From Betaproteobacteria bacterium (GTDB lineage Bacteria > Pseudomonadota > Gammaproteobacteria > Burkholderiales > JACQAP01), in the NCBI GenBank assembly GCA_025357235.1, contig JANXPQ010000002.1, forward strand, positions 1-35,731: a stretch of 35,731 bases of DNA, written 5' to 3'. Under the pieces are notes generated by a model. It was not told where the DNA came from. It saw only the letters and a program-made list of their open reading frames with translations, and searched no databases. A program made the position numbers and the translations under genes. Below, piece by piece: positions 18,742 to 28,693 of the stretch (the first letter of the stretch is position 1; the number at the start of each line of letters is the position of its first letter).

Positions 18742-19710
18742 ATGAAAGATTTCCTGCCGTCCCTGGAAACATTACAATCCGCCGCGGCCATCGTTTATGA
18801 AACGATGGCACCGACGCCGCAATACGCGTGGCCGTTGCTGAAGGCAGCGGTCGGCGCCGAAATCTGGGTCAAGCACGAGAACCATACGCCGGTGGGCGCA
18901 TTCAAGTTGCGCGGCGGCCTGGTCTATTTCCGCGATTTTTCGCAGCAAGGCGGCCGTGCCGCCGGGGTCATCAGCGCGACGCGCGGCAACCATGGCCAGT
19001 CGGTGGGCTACGCCGCACGCAAGTACGGCTTTCCCGCAACGATCGTCGTGCCGCACGGCAACAGTCCCGAAAAAAATGCCGCGATGCGCGCCCTCGGTGT
19101 CGAGTTGATCGAGCACGGCGATGATTTCCAGGCGGCGCGGGAACGCGCGGCGTGGATCGCGCAGCAGCGCGGATTGCACATGGTGCCTTCTTTTCATCCG
19201 CTGCTGGTCCACGGGGTGGCGTCCTACTCGCTGGAACTGCTGCAGAACGTGCCCGATCTCGACGTCGCCTACGTGCCGATCGGCCTCGGCTCCGGCGTTT
19301 GCGGCATGATCGCCGCACGCAATGTACTGGGCCACCGCACGGAGATCGTCGGCGTCGTCTCCGAACACGCGCCCGCGTACGCGTTGTCGTTCGAGCAGCG
19401 TCACCTGGTCGAGCATCCGGTCACCACCCGTGTGGCTGACGGCATGGCCTGCCGCACGCCCGAGCCGGAGGCGCTCGAGATCCTGTGGCGCCACCTTGCC
19501 AGGATCGTGCGGGTCACCGACGACGAGATCGAAGATGCCATGCGGCTGATGTACTCCGCGACGCACAATGTTGCGGAAGGGGCGGGCGCGGCGCCGCTTG
19601 CGGCGGCATTGAAAGAGCGCGGCCGGCTTGCCGGCAAGAAAGCAGCCGTGGTGCTGAGCGGCGCGAACGTGGACCGTGACGTATTCGCGCGCCAGCTCGC
19701 AAAATCCTGA
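18742..19710 (+). CDS. PLP-dependent serine/threonine-dehydratase-family enzyme, short form without regulatory domain
   Basis: KHENHTPVGAFKLRG PLP-lysine motif, ATRGNHG, PIGLGSG, LSGAN. Confidence 0.88.
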   Translation: MKDFLPSLETLQSAAAIVYETMAPTPQYAWPLLKAAVGAEIWVKHENHTPVGAFKLRGGLVYFRDFSQQGGRAAGVISATRGNHGQSVGYAARKYGFPATIVVPHGNSPEKNAAMRALGVELIEHGDDFQAARERAAWIAQQRGLHMVPSFHPLLVHGVASYSLELLQNVPDLDVAYVPIGLGSGVCGMIAARNVLGHRTEIVGVVSEHAPAYALSFEQRHLVEHPVTTRVADGMACRTPEPEALEILWRHLARIVRVTDDEIEDAMRLMYSATHNVAEGAGAAPLAAALKERGRLAGKKAAVVLSGANVDRDVFARQLAKS

Positions 19711-19777
19711 CCGGCCTCTTGCCATGGCAACGCCATGGCGGGAAGATTCGCCTGCAATGCCCGACCGGACCTCGACC

Positions 19778-20566
19778 ATGTTGATTCGACCCCCTCTCCT
19801 GCTGCGCCTGGCCCTGTTCGGCGTCATCGCCTGCGCAGCGCTTACAATGCTGCCCCGCAGCGCGGCCTTCGCCGCGCCGGCGATGGCCATCTATCGCGGC
19901 GATGCGCCCGCCGCCGCCGGTGCGGGCCGCAGGATCGAGCTGCGGTTGAAGGCGGATGGCACGATGAGCCTGATCAGCGACTACCGGAACAACAAGGCGC
20001 CCATTACCGAAGACGGCCACTGGAACCCGATCTCCGTCGAAGCGATCGACGTCATCATCGAGCGCAAGGACGGCGTGGCGGTCGGCCCGAACACGCTGCA
20101 CTTTGTCAAACAGGGTGACGTCCTGCAGACCACAGCGGAATCCGCGGCCCAGTTCGGCAGCCAGGGACTGCAATTACGTCAGACGAAAGCTGCTGCGCCG
20201 CCAACGGCAGCGCCCGTCGTCGGCACGGCCAACGCCACCGGCTCATGGCGATGGGAAGGCCTGGTTTCTTCCGCCGACAAACTCGCGATCGAGCAACCGG
20301 AACGCTATACGCTGGACTTGCAAGGCGGCGGCAAAGCGCTGGTGCGCGCCGACTGCAATCGCGGCCAGGCCGCCTACAAATTCGACGGCCGCGCCATTGC
20401 CATCAGGATCTCGGGCATGACCAAAGTCGCCTGCCCGCCGGGTTCATTGTCCGAGCGCTATCTGAAGGCTCTCGAATCCGCGGTCGGCCAGCGCATCAGG
20501 GGAGACAATCTTTTCCTCGACCTGGCCGGTGGAGGCGGGACCATGAAGTTCGCGCGGGCCAGATAA
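19778..20566 (+). CDS. Exported protein with NlpE-N-like domain and C-terminal META (HslJ) domain
   Basis: Hydrophobic signal; ADCNRG...MTKVACPPGS...YLKAL META pattern; start uncertain (19757 or 19778). Confidence 0.75.
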   Translation: MLIRPPLLLRLALFGVIACAALTMLPRSAAFAAPAMAIYRGDAPAAAGAGRRIELRLKADGTMSLISDYRNNKAPITEDGHWNPISVEAIDVIIERKDGVAVGPNTLHFVKQGDVLQTTAESAAQFGSQGLQLRQTKAAAPPTAAPVVGTANATGSWRWEGLVSSADKLAIEQPERYTLDLQGGGKALVRADCNRGQAAYKFDGRAIAIRISGMTKVACPPGSLSERYLKALESAVGQRIRGDNLFLDLAGGGGTMKFARAR

Positions 20567-20567
20567 G

Positions 20568-20966
20568 ATGCCATTCGATCCGAAAGCACCCGGCGGTAAC
20601 ACCGCGCGCAACGTGCTGGGCGGACCGCTCGGCGAATGCGGAAGCAAGCCACTGACCGGTTTCTATCGCGACGGTTGCTGCAATTCCGGACACGACGATC
20701 ACGGCGTGCATTCGGTTTGCGCGCTGATGACGAAGGAGTTCCTGGAATTCTCCCTTGTGCGCGGCAACGACCTGAGCACGCCGATGCCGGATTTCGGCTT
20801 TCCCGGATTGAAAGCCGGCGACCGCTGGTGCCTGTGCGCCGCGCGCTGGCGCGAAGCGCTCAAGGCCGGCTGTGCACCGCGCGTCGTGCTGAACTCCACG
20901 CATGAGCGCACGCTCGATTACGTCAGCCTGGACGATCTGAAGAAGCACGCGATCGATCTTCAATAA
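20568..20966 (+). CDS. DUF2237-family protein
   Basis: NVLGGPLxxC, TGFYRDGCC, GNDLSTP, GDRWCLCAARW. Confidence 0.9.
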   Translation: MPFDPKAPGGNTARNVLGGPLGECGSKPLTGFYRDGCCNSGHDDHGVHSVCALMTKEFLEFSLVRGNDLSTPMPDFGFPGLKAGDRWCLCAARWREALKAGCAPRVVLNSTHERTLDYVSLDDLKKHAIDLQ

Positions 20967-20971
20967 GATCA

Positions 20972-21098
20972 GAGGAAAAGTGAAAGGTGAAAGGTAAAAG
21001 CTGAAAGTGAAAAGCCCGCAAGCGCAGCCGTGCCGGGCCACACGGAAGGAAAGCTGCGCCTTTGCATTTCCACTTTTCCCTTTAACCTTTGACCTTTC
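20972..21098. repeat. Heptamer (GTGAAAG-like) inverted-repeat element, copy 1
   Basis: ~6 degenerate GTGAAAG units, central GCGCAGC/GCTGCGC stem, ~5 complementary CTTTNNC-like units. Confidence 0.75.
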
Positions 21099-21249
21099 GG
21101 CTCGCCCTTCCGGGCAGTGAACTTCATGCCGCCTCGCGGTCAAAAACACCAGGGGCCACGGCACTGGCTACTAAAATCCGCTGACCGTGGTATTGTCGCC
21201 CTGCCGGAGCCGGCCTGCCCGCTTCGGGCCATGTTCAATCAGAGGAGCC

Positions 21250-21597
21250 ATGAGCATCAAGTTTCGCAGCAAAGAGTTGTCTCCCGCGGAAGCGTCGTTC
21301 CTGAAATGGCAGTACGGTTTCGACGAACAGGACGAACCGTTCGAGCGCGCGTTGTGGCAGGCCATCATGCGGGCCTGGGATGCCGATGCCTCATCGGAAA
21401 CAAATCCCCGCCACCTCGAACGCCTCGGCTGCGACGACGCTTATCCGGAGGAAGTCGCGCTTTACGTGAAATTCAAGTCCGAAGACAGCGACGCGTTGTG
21501 GAATGAGCTGATCCGCCGCGCCGGCCTGTCCGATCGCCGCACGACTAAAGTCGAACTGCCGGTCGATCGCCGGCGCCGCAGCGGCGCCCGGGCCTGA
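21250..21597 (+). CDS. Hypothetical protein (115 aa)
   Basis: GAGGAG RBS before ATG 21250; protein-like composition; hairpin just downstream. Confidence 0.75.
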   Translation: MSIKFRSKELSPAEASFLKWQYGFDEQDEPFERALWQAIMRAWDADASSETNPRHLERLGCDDAYPEEVALYVKFKSEDSDALWNELIRRAGLSDRRTTKVELPVDRRRRSGARA

Positions 21598-21617
21598 AGA
21601 CGCGCTTCCCGTTTCCC

Positions 21618-21639
21618 GTCCGCAGGCGTGCCTGCGGAC
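21618..21639. other. Perfect GC-rich hairpin downstream of the hypothetical gene
   Basis: GTCCGCAGGC-GT-GCCTGCGGAC; no U-tract, so not a canonical terminator. Confidence 0.5.
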
Positions 21640-21755
21640 AGCGCCGCCTGTACCCCTGATTTTGCCGGCTGTGTCGTGATTTCCGGCATTATCACGCCCG
21701 TCGATAGCGTGTAATCTTTGCGTCCACGTCCCTAAAAAAAGCGGAGGAACGCCCG

Positions 21756-21875
21756 ATGAGCGCGGCGGACATGAAAGCAAGGGAATTCCAGTCGTGGTCT
21801 TCGGTGGCGCCAGGTTGGCGCAAGCACGACAAGCGGCTCACCGGGGTCACCTGGATCGCATGGGGACGCAAGTAA
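21756..21875 (+). pseudogene. 39-aa ORF, probably an internally deleted class I SAM-methyltransferase remnant
   Basis: GGAGG RBS; translates to MSAADMKAREFQSWSSVAPGWRKHDKRLTGVTWIAWGRK; absent from the supplied ORF track. Confidence 0.55.
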
Positions 21876-21901
21876 TGCAGGCGCTACATTCCTGAACCGG
21901 A

Positions 21902-22825
21902 ATGACTCCGCCACGCACCGACGGGCCGCGCTTCATGAGTGCAGGCGAAGCACTCACCGATTTCATCCGGCAGGAAAACGGCTATTGGCTGGCGCGCGCC
22001 GGTGGCGCGCCCTGGAATGTGGCTCGCGTCGTGGCGGGTCTCGGCATTTCCAGTGCGTTCGCGGGCAGCGTGAGCCGCGACAATTTCGGCGACGAGCTCG
22101 CCGCGCTCAGTCGCACGTCCGGACTGGACATGCGCTTCCTGCAGCAACACGAAAAGTCTCCGTTGCTGGCGATCGTTCACGAGACGTCGCCGCCGCGCTA
22201 TTACTTCATCGGCACCGACAGCGCCGATCTCGCCTTCGATCCGGCGCTGCTTCCGCATGAATGGGCGCGCTCGGTGGAATGGCTGCATTGCGGCGGCATC
22301 AGCCTCACGCGCGAGCCCTTGCGCGGCCGGCTGATCGGCCTGCTGGAAAACGCCAAGGCGGCGGGCGCGAAGGTGAGCTTCGATCCGAACTTCCGCAACC
22401 TGATGACCGCTTCCTACGACGCCACTCTCGTCCGCGTCGCGGGCCTGGCGGATGTGATCAAGGTTTCCGACGAAGATTTGCGCGGCCTGTTCCGCACGCG
22501 CGACGAAGCCGGCGCGCTGGCGCAGCTCAAGGCGCTCAATCCGCAAGCGGTCGTTATGCTCACGCTCGGCGCGCAGGGCGCGGAACTGCATGCAGGCGCA
22601 CAGCGCCTGCACCAAGCCTGCCCGACGGTTGAAATCGCCGACACGGTCGGCGCGGGCGACGCCAGCATCGGCGGACTGCTCTGCAGCCTGATAACCCGAC
22701 CCGGTGCGGACTGGTCGACGCATCTGCGGTACGCGGTCGCCACGGGAACGGCCGCGTGCCTGCGACCCGGCGCGGCGCCGCCGACACCCGTCGAGGTCGA
22801 AAGCGTTCTGGCGAAGATGGACTGA
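21902..22825 (+). CDS. PfkB-family carbohydrate kinase (fructokinase-like)
   Basis: GEALTD, GGAPWNVA, FDPNFR, IKVSDED, DTVGAGD. Confidence 0.92.
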   Translation: MTPPRTDGPRFMSAGEALTDFIRQENGYWLARAGGAPWNVARVVAGLGISSAFAGSVSRDNFGDELAALSRTSGLDMRFLQQHEKSPLLAIVHETSPPRYYFIGTDSADLAFDPALLPHEWARSVEWLHCGGISLTREPLRGRLIGLLENAKAAGAKVSFDPNFRNLMTASYDATLVRVAGLADVIKVSDEDLRGLFRTRDEAGALAQLKALNPQAVVMLTLGAQGAELHAGAQRLHQACPTVEIADTVGAGDASIGGLLCSLITRPGADWSTHLRYAVATGTAACLRPGAAPPTPVEVESVLAKMD

Positions 22826-22830
22826 AGCCC

Positions 22831-23904
22831 TTGCCCGACTTCCGCGACCCGCAATTCCTGCTCGACCACATCCGCCACACGATGGCGTTCTACCATCCGC
22901 GCGCAATCGATCCGCGCGGCGGGTTCTTCCATTTTTTCCGCGACGACGGCAGCGTCTACGACACAATGACCCGCCACCTGGTCAGCAGCACGCGGTTCAT
23001 TTTCAACTATGCGATGGCCTATCGCCGATTCGGCGATGCGGCGTACTCGCAGGCCGTGCAACACGGCCTGGCTTTCCTTCGCGACCGGCATCGCAATGCG
23101 TCGACCGGCGGCTATGCCTGGCTGCTCGACGGCGGGCGCATTGCCGACGCGACCAATCATTGCTATGGCCTTGCATTCGTCCTGCTGGCCTATGCCCATG
23201 CATCGATGGCGGGGGTGGAAATGGCACGCGCGTGGATCGGCGAAACCTTCGACCTGATGGAGCGGAATTTCTGGTCGCCGGCGTCCGGCCTGTACGCGGA
23301 CGAGGCGGCTGCGGACTGGTCGGCGGTCTCCCCATATCGCGGGCAAAACGCCAACATGCATGCCTGCGAAGCCATGCTGGCGGCGTTCGATGCCACCGGC
23401 CAGACACGCTATCTCGATCGCGCGGCGAAGCTGGCGCGCAACATCACGGTACGGCAGGCGGCGCTGGCCGACGGGCTGGTCTGGGAGCACTACCATGCCG
23501 ACTGGTCGGTGGACTGGGATTACAACCGGCACGACAAGACCAACATCTTTCGTCCATGGGGCTATCAGCCCGGACATCTTGCCGAATGGGCCAAGCTGTT
23601 GCTGATACTGGAGCGTCATGCCGATCGACTGGGCGATGCGCAATGGCTGGCGCCGCGCGCGGCCGAATTGTTCGACGCCGCAATGAAACACGCATGGGAC
23701 GACGAGCACGGCGGCCTCGTCTACGGTTTCGCGCCGGACGGCAGCCTCTGCGACGGCGACAAATATTTCTGGGTGCAGGCGGAATCGCTCGCAGCGGCGG
23801 CGCTGCTGGCAAAACGCACCGGCGACGAAAAATCCCCCGCGGGAAAAACCGACTACCACACCATGGGCGCGTGCTACGAAGTGCTCAACGTGGCCGGGAC
23901 ATGA
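22831..23904 (+). CDS. AGE-family epimerase/isomerase (mannose-isomerase-like), apparently with an internal deletion near the C-terminus
   Basis: RHLVSSTRF, YRGQNANMHACEA, GYQPGH, KYFWVQAES, KTDYHTMGAC; no nearby ATG, so TTG 22831 (or CTG 22822) is assumed. Confidence 0.85.
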   Translation: MPDFRDPQFLLDHIRHTMAFYHPRAIDPRGGFFHFFRDDGSVYDTMTRHLVSSTRFIFNYAMAYRRFGDAAYSQAVQHGLAFLRDRHRNASTGGYAWLLDGGRIADATNHCYGLAFVLLAYAHASMAGVEMARAWIGETFDLMERNFWSPASGLYADEAAADWSAVSPYRGQNANMHACEAMLAAFDATGQTRYLDRAAKLARNITVRQAALADGLVWEHYHADWSVDWDYNRHDKTNIFRPWGYQPGHLAEWAKLLLILERHADRLGDAQWLAPRAAELFDAAMKHAWDDEHGGLVYGFAPDGSLCDGDKYFWVQAESLAAAALLAKRTGDEKSPAGKTDYHTMGACYEVLNVAGT

Positions 23905-23912
23905 TCGCGGCT

Positions 23913-25040
23913 TTAGCGACGAAACAAGGCCGCCGCACTGGCCAGCAACAAGACTGAAGCTCCCATCAACAGCGCGTTCATTCCATTTTTCGAATCGGCC
24001 ACCAGGCTCACCAGCAACGGGCCGACTATCTGTCCCACCGCGAAAGCTGCGGTCATCGCCGCGATCAGTCGCGATGCGTGATCGGGCGCCAGGATGCGCG
24101 CCTCCTGCAGGCCGGTCATGGTGGCCACCATGAACGTGCCGCCCACGCAGCACGCCGCAATCACGATACCGGCCGCGCCCGGCAGCAACACGGGCATCGC
24201 CACGCCGAGCGCCATGACGACGTGCGACAGTGCCCAGATGCGCCGATTCGACAGATGCGCCGCCAGCCGGCCGGCCAGCAGAGTCGAAACGAATGCCGCG
24301 CTGCCGAATATCGGCCAGGCCCAGCCGAACACCGCCGGGTCGGGAAGGATCTGTCTCGCCATGGCCGGCAGGAAGGTGCCCGGAATGATGTAGCCGAAGC
24401 CGAGAATTCCGTAGCAGACGATAACGAGCGCGTGCGTGCGCAGCCGCAGCGGCGAGGCCGCCGCTTTCGTTGCGGCTCGCGCCTGCGTCGCATCGCGATA
24501 GCCAGGCCAACACAAAACGGTGAGCAACAGCGCGATGGCGCCGGTCGCGACCCAGGCCTGGTCGGCCGACCATGACAGATTCAGGAACAACAGACAGAAT
24601 GCGCCGGTCAGTGCAGTGCCGAATCCGACGCCGCTGAACACCACGCCGCCGAGTTGTCCTCTACCCTGTGCCGCAAGCTGCCCGAGGATAAAGGACGAGG
24701 CGAATATCAGGACCCATGCGCTTACCACGCCTGCGAGTCCCCGCAGCAGCAGCCATGCGGCGGGATGATGAAAAAACCCCATGGCACCGGTGAGCAGGGC
24801 CACCGTCACCACTGAAAAGCGCACCACCGTCACCGTCGCCGCACGGATCCAGATCGCCGACAGCGCGCCGATAAAATAGCCGACATAATTCACCGAGGCC
24901 AGCAAGCCGGCCATGCGCAGCGTCAGGCCGTAATCCTTTTGCATCATCGGCAGGATGGGCGTGAACGCAAAGCGGCCGATGGCGATGGCCAGCGCAAGCA
25001 ATCCGGAAATCGCGAGTCGCCACGCGGAAGGTTTATTCAC
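23913..25040 (-). CDS. YbfB/YjiJ-like MFS transporter
   Basis: IGRFAFTPILPMM, LASVNYVGY, GFGYIIPGTFLP, MTAAFAVGQIVGP; GTG start. Confidence 0.88.
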   Translation of the reverse strand: MNKPSAWRLAISGLLALAIAIGRFAFTPILPMMQKDYGLTLRMAGLLASVNYVGYFIGALSAIWIRAATVTVVRFSVVTVALLTGAMGFFHHPAAWLLLRGLAGVVSAWVLIFASSFILGQLAAQGRGQLGGVVFSGVGFGTALTGAFCLLFLNLSWSADQAWVATGAIALLLTVLCWPGYRDATQARAATKAAASPLRLRTHALVIVCYGILGFGYIIPGTFLPAMARQILPDPAVFGWAWPIFGSAAFVSTLLAGRLAAHLSNRRIWALSHVVMALGVAMPVLLPGAAGIVIAACCVGGTFMVATMTGLQEARILAPDHASRLIAAMTAAFAVGQIVGPLLVSLVADSKNGMNALLMGASVLLLASAAALFRR

Positions 25041-25083
25041 TTCGAATTCTTGATTTGGTCAGTCTAGTAACAATACCCTAAAT

Positions 25084-25136
25084 CAACGCGTTCACCGCTC
25101 CCCCAAAAACAACGCGCTCACCGCAGAGGACGCGGA
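25084..25136. repeat. 15-bp direct repeat leading into a CACCGCAGAGGACGCGGA repeat unit
   Basis: CAACGCGTTCACCGC (25084-25098) and CAACGCGCTCACCGC (25110-25124). Confidence 0.55.
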
Positions 25137-25178
25137 TGGTTGAAGTCCTTATTTTCAATAGGTAGGCAGGATTCAGGG

Positions 25179-25207
25179 TTGCGCGGCCGCAAGCCTTGGA
25201 CTATAAG
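25179..25207 (+). promoter_or_regulatory. Putative sigma70 promoter of the amidohydrolase
   Basis: TTGCGC-N17-TATAAG about 60 nt upstream of a GGAGG RBS and ATG 25267. Confidence 0.4.
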
Positions 25208-25266
25208 AACGAACCGGCGCGGCGGTGTGTTTCGCCGTTCCATAACAAGAAAACCGGAGGAGCTTC

Positions 25267-26955
<1,689 letters not shown>

Positions 26956-26962
26956 GCCGATC

Positions 26963-27385
26963 ATGGGAAAAGTCTTTCGCGTCGAATATCCAATCCGCTT
27001 CTCGCATTGCGATCCCGCCGGCCAGGTTTACTTTCCACGCTTCTTCGATCTGCTGCACGATGCGATGGAAGACTGGTTCAACCTCGGACTGCAGGAGCGT
27101 TTCGCCGACTTCCTGATGAAGAGGCAGCTCGGCACGCCGACGGTCGGCACGCAATGCGACTTCCTGAGCCCGGCGCATTTCGGCGACACGCTCGTCATCG
27201 AACTGTCGATTCTGCGGCTCGGCAACAGTTCGATCGAACTCGGTTTCAATGCCAGCATCGACGGGCGCGCGTGCCTGAAGTGCCGCCACACCATCTGCAT
27301 TTTCTCCAAGGAAACCCTGAAGGCGGTGCCGATTCCGGAAACACTGCGCAGCCGCATGCAGGATTACGTCGTTGCGGCCGGGTAA
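26963..27385 (+). CDS. Hotdog-fold acyl-CoA thioesterase (4HBT/YbgC-like)
   Basis: IRFSHCDPAGQVYFPRFF, CDFLSPAHFGD, LGNSS. Confidence 0.88.
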   Translation: MGKVFRVEYPIRFSHCDPAGQVYFPRFFDLLHDAMEDWFNLGLQERFADFLMKRQLGTPTVGTQCDFLSPAHFGDTLVIELSILRLGNSSIELGFNASIDGRACLKCRHTICIFSKETLKAVPIPETLRSRMQDYVVAAG

Positions 27386-27576
27386 TCCGGGCGCCCTTCT
27401 GCCACGCCCTCCGCGGTTATGACGGGGAACTTTTCCGCGGATGACCTGCCTATAGTTCCATGACGATTCGCTCATCGGATCGTTGCCATTCCGGTTCCGC
27501 CCCAAGTCCGTTATTTCCTGACCGTCTGCGCTTCGAATCCACGGATCGCCGGATAGGCTCATCAAAGGAGAATCCA

Positions 27577-28038
27577 ATGAATACCGATATCTGGAAGATC
27601 ACTGCACTGACGCTGTTCCTGGCCTTTTTGCTGGCCGGCGCACCGATGACGTTTGCCGCCGAGAGTACCGGCGGCAAGACCACCGGCAAGGACGTTTCGC
27701 AAAAGATCGACGAGACGGCGCACGCGATCAAGAACTATTCCGCGGAGCAGCGCGATGAAGCCCTGAAGAACGCGAAAAGCGTCCTCGCGGACGCCGATGC
27801 GCGCATCGATCGTTTCGAAAGCAAGATGAACAGGGACTGGGACAAGATGAATGCTTCGGCGCGCAAGCACGCGCAGGATACGATGAAGATGCTGCGCCAG
27901 CAGCGCCAGGATCTGTCCCAGAGCTACGGCGAGTTGAAGCGCAGTTCCGCGAATGCCTGGGATGAGGTCAAAGAGGGCTTCGCGAAGAGTTACGACGCGC
28001 TGCGCGACTCCTTCTCGAAGGCGTCGAAGGAATTCTGA
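27577..28038 (+). CDS. Exported alpha-helical hypothetical protein
   Basis: AAGGAG RBS, signal peptide ending TFA/FAA, charged amphipathic helices, AWDEVKEGF motif, terminator downstream. Confidence 0.8.
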   Translation: MNTDIWKITALTLFLAFLLAGAPMTFAAESTGGKTTGKDVSQKIDETAHAIKNYSAEQRDEALKNAKSVLADADARIDRFESKMNRDWDKMNASARKHAQDTMKMLRQQRQDLSQSYGELKRSSANAWDEVKEGFAKSYDALRDSFSKASKEF

Positions 28039-28059
28039 GCCACAGTCCGCAGGCGCAGG

Positions 28060-28086
28060 AAAAGCCCGGGAAACCGGGCTTTTTTT
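28060..28086 (+). terminator. Rho-independent terminator (potentially bidirectional)
   Basis: AAA-AGCCCGG-GAAA-CCGGGCT-TTTTTT. Confidence 0.9.
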
Positions 28087-28149
28087 CGCCCTTCGTCCAG
28101 ACGCGATTGACGGCTCCCGCACCGTAATTTTCGGGTTGTGCTAAAGTAG

Positions 28150-28161
28150 GTGTATATGCAC
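28150..28161. promoter_or_regulatory. Putative MarR operator
   Basis: Imperfect palindrome GTGTATATGCAC ending ~20 nt upstream of the marR-like start. Confidence 0.5.
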
Positions 28162-28181
28162 GTTAATGGGGTTTTTCATAA

Positions 28182-28691
28182 GTGACCACCGCCACCATTG
28201 CCAGTCGTCCGAAATCTGCGCGAGCGGCAATGGCCGCCGGGAGCGCTGCGCAAAGCCCGCAACCGCTCGTCTGCACCGGGGCAAGGCTGCGCCGTCTTAC
28301 GCGGCGCATCACCGCGTTCTATGAGCACCACATGCGCGACAGCGGGTTGAAGCTTTCCCAGTACTCGCTGCTGGCGCAATTGTCGGAAGTTCCGCAGGCG
28401 TTGACCGCGCTGGCCGACCGCATGGAGATCGATCGCACGACGCTGACTCGCAGCCTGCAACCCTTGCTGGAACAAGGCTGGGTTGCGGAGTCGTCTGGTA
28501 CCGACGCGCGGCAGCGCCTGATCGTGCGCACTGCGAGCGGCACCCGCGCCCGCGACGCGGCGCGCAAGTATTGGCGGCAGGCCCAGCTCGCGCTCGAGCA
28601 GCACCTCGGCCGGGATTTCGTCGCCAACTTCCACGCCCAGCTCGATCAGGCCCTGTCGCGCCTCAAGCCCGCCCTTCCAGAGGATAACTAG
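28182..28691 (+). CDS. MarR-family transcriptional regulator
   Basis: CxxxRLRRLTR, SQYSLL, DRTTLTRSLQPL, DARQR; start GTG 28182 or ATG 28230. Confidence 0.9.
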   Translation: MTTATIASRPKSARAAMAAGSAAQSPQPLVCTGARLRRLTRRITAFYEHHMRDSGLKLSQYSLLAQLSEVPQALTALADRMEIDRTTLTRSLQPLLEQGWVAESSGTDARQRLIVRTASGTRARDAARKYWRQAQLALEQHLGRDFVANFHAQLDQALSRLKPALPEDN

Positions 28692-28693
28692 CC

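Noticed and set aside
15799-21098. Short repeats considered as possible CRISPR arrays
   Set aside because: Units are 7-10 bp, tandem or inverted, without unique regular spacers, and there are no cas genes.
22414-24573. Long shadow ORFs (this 719-aa one, also 11946-13790, 25201-26964, 31060-32946 and 8007-9491)
   Set aside because: Antisense or off-frame to well-supported genes, lacking family motifs; expected from stop-codon scarcity at high GC.
27426-27459. GGAACT...AGTTCC inverted pair or ECF-sigma -35 upstream of the exported protein
   Set aside because: Only 6-bp arms and no convincing matching -10 element.
28045-28055. GTCCGCAGGCG identical to the left arm of the 21618 hairpin
   Set aside because: A single 11-mer match in high-GC DNA without the complementary arm can arise by chance.
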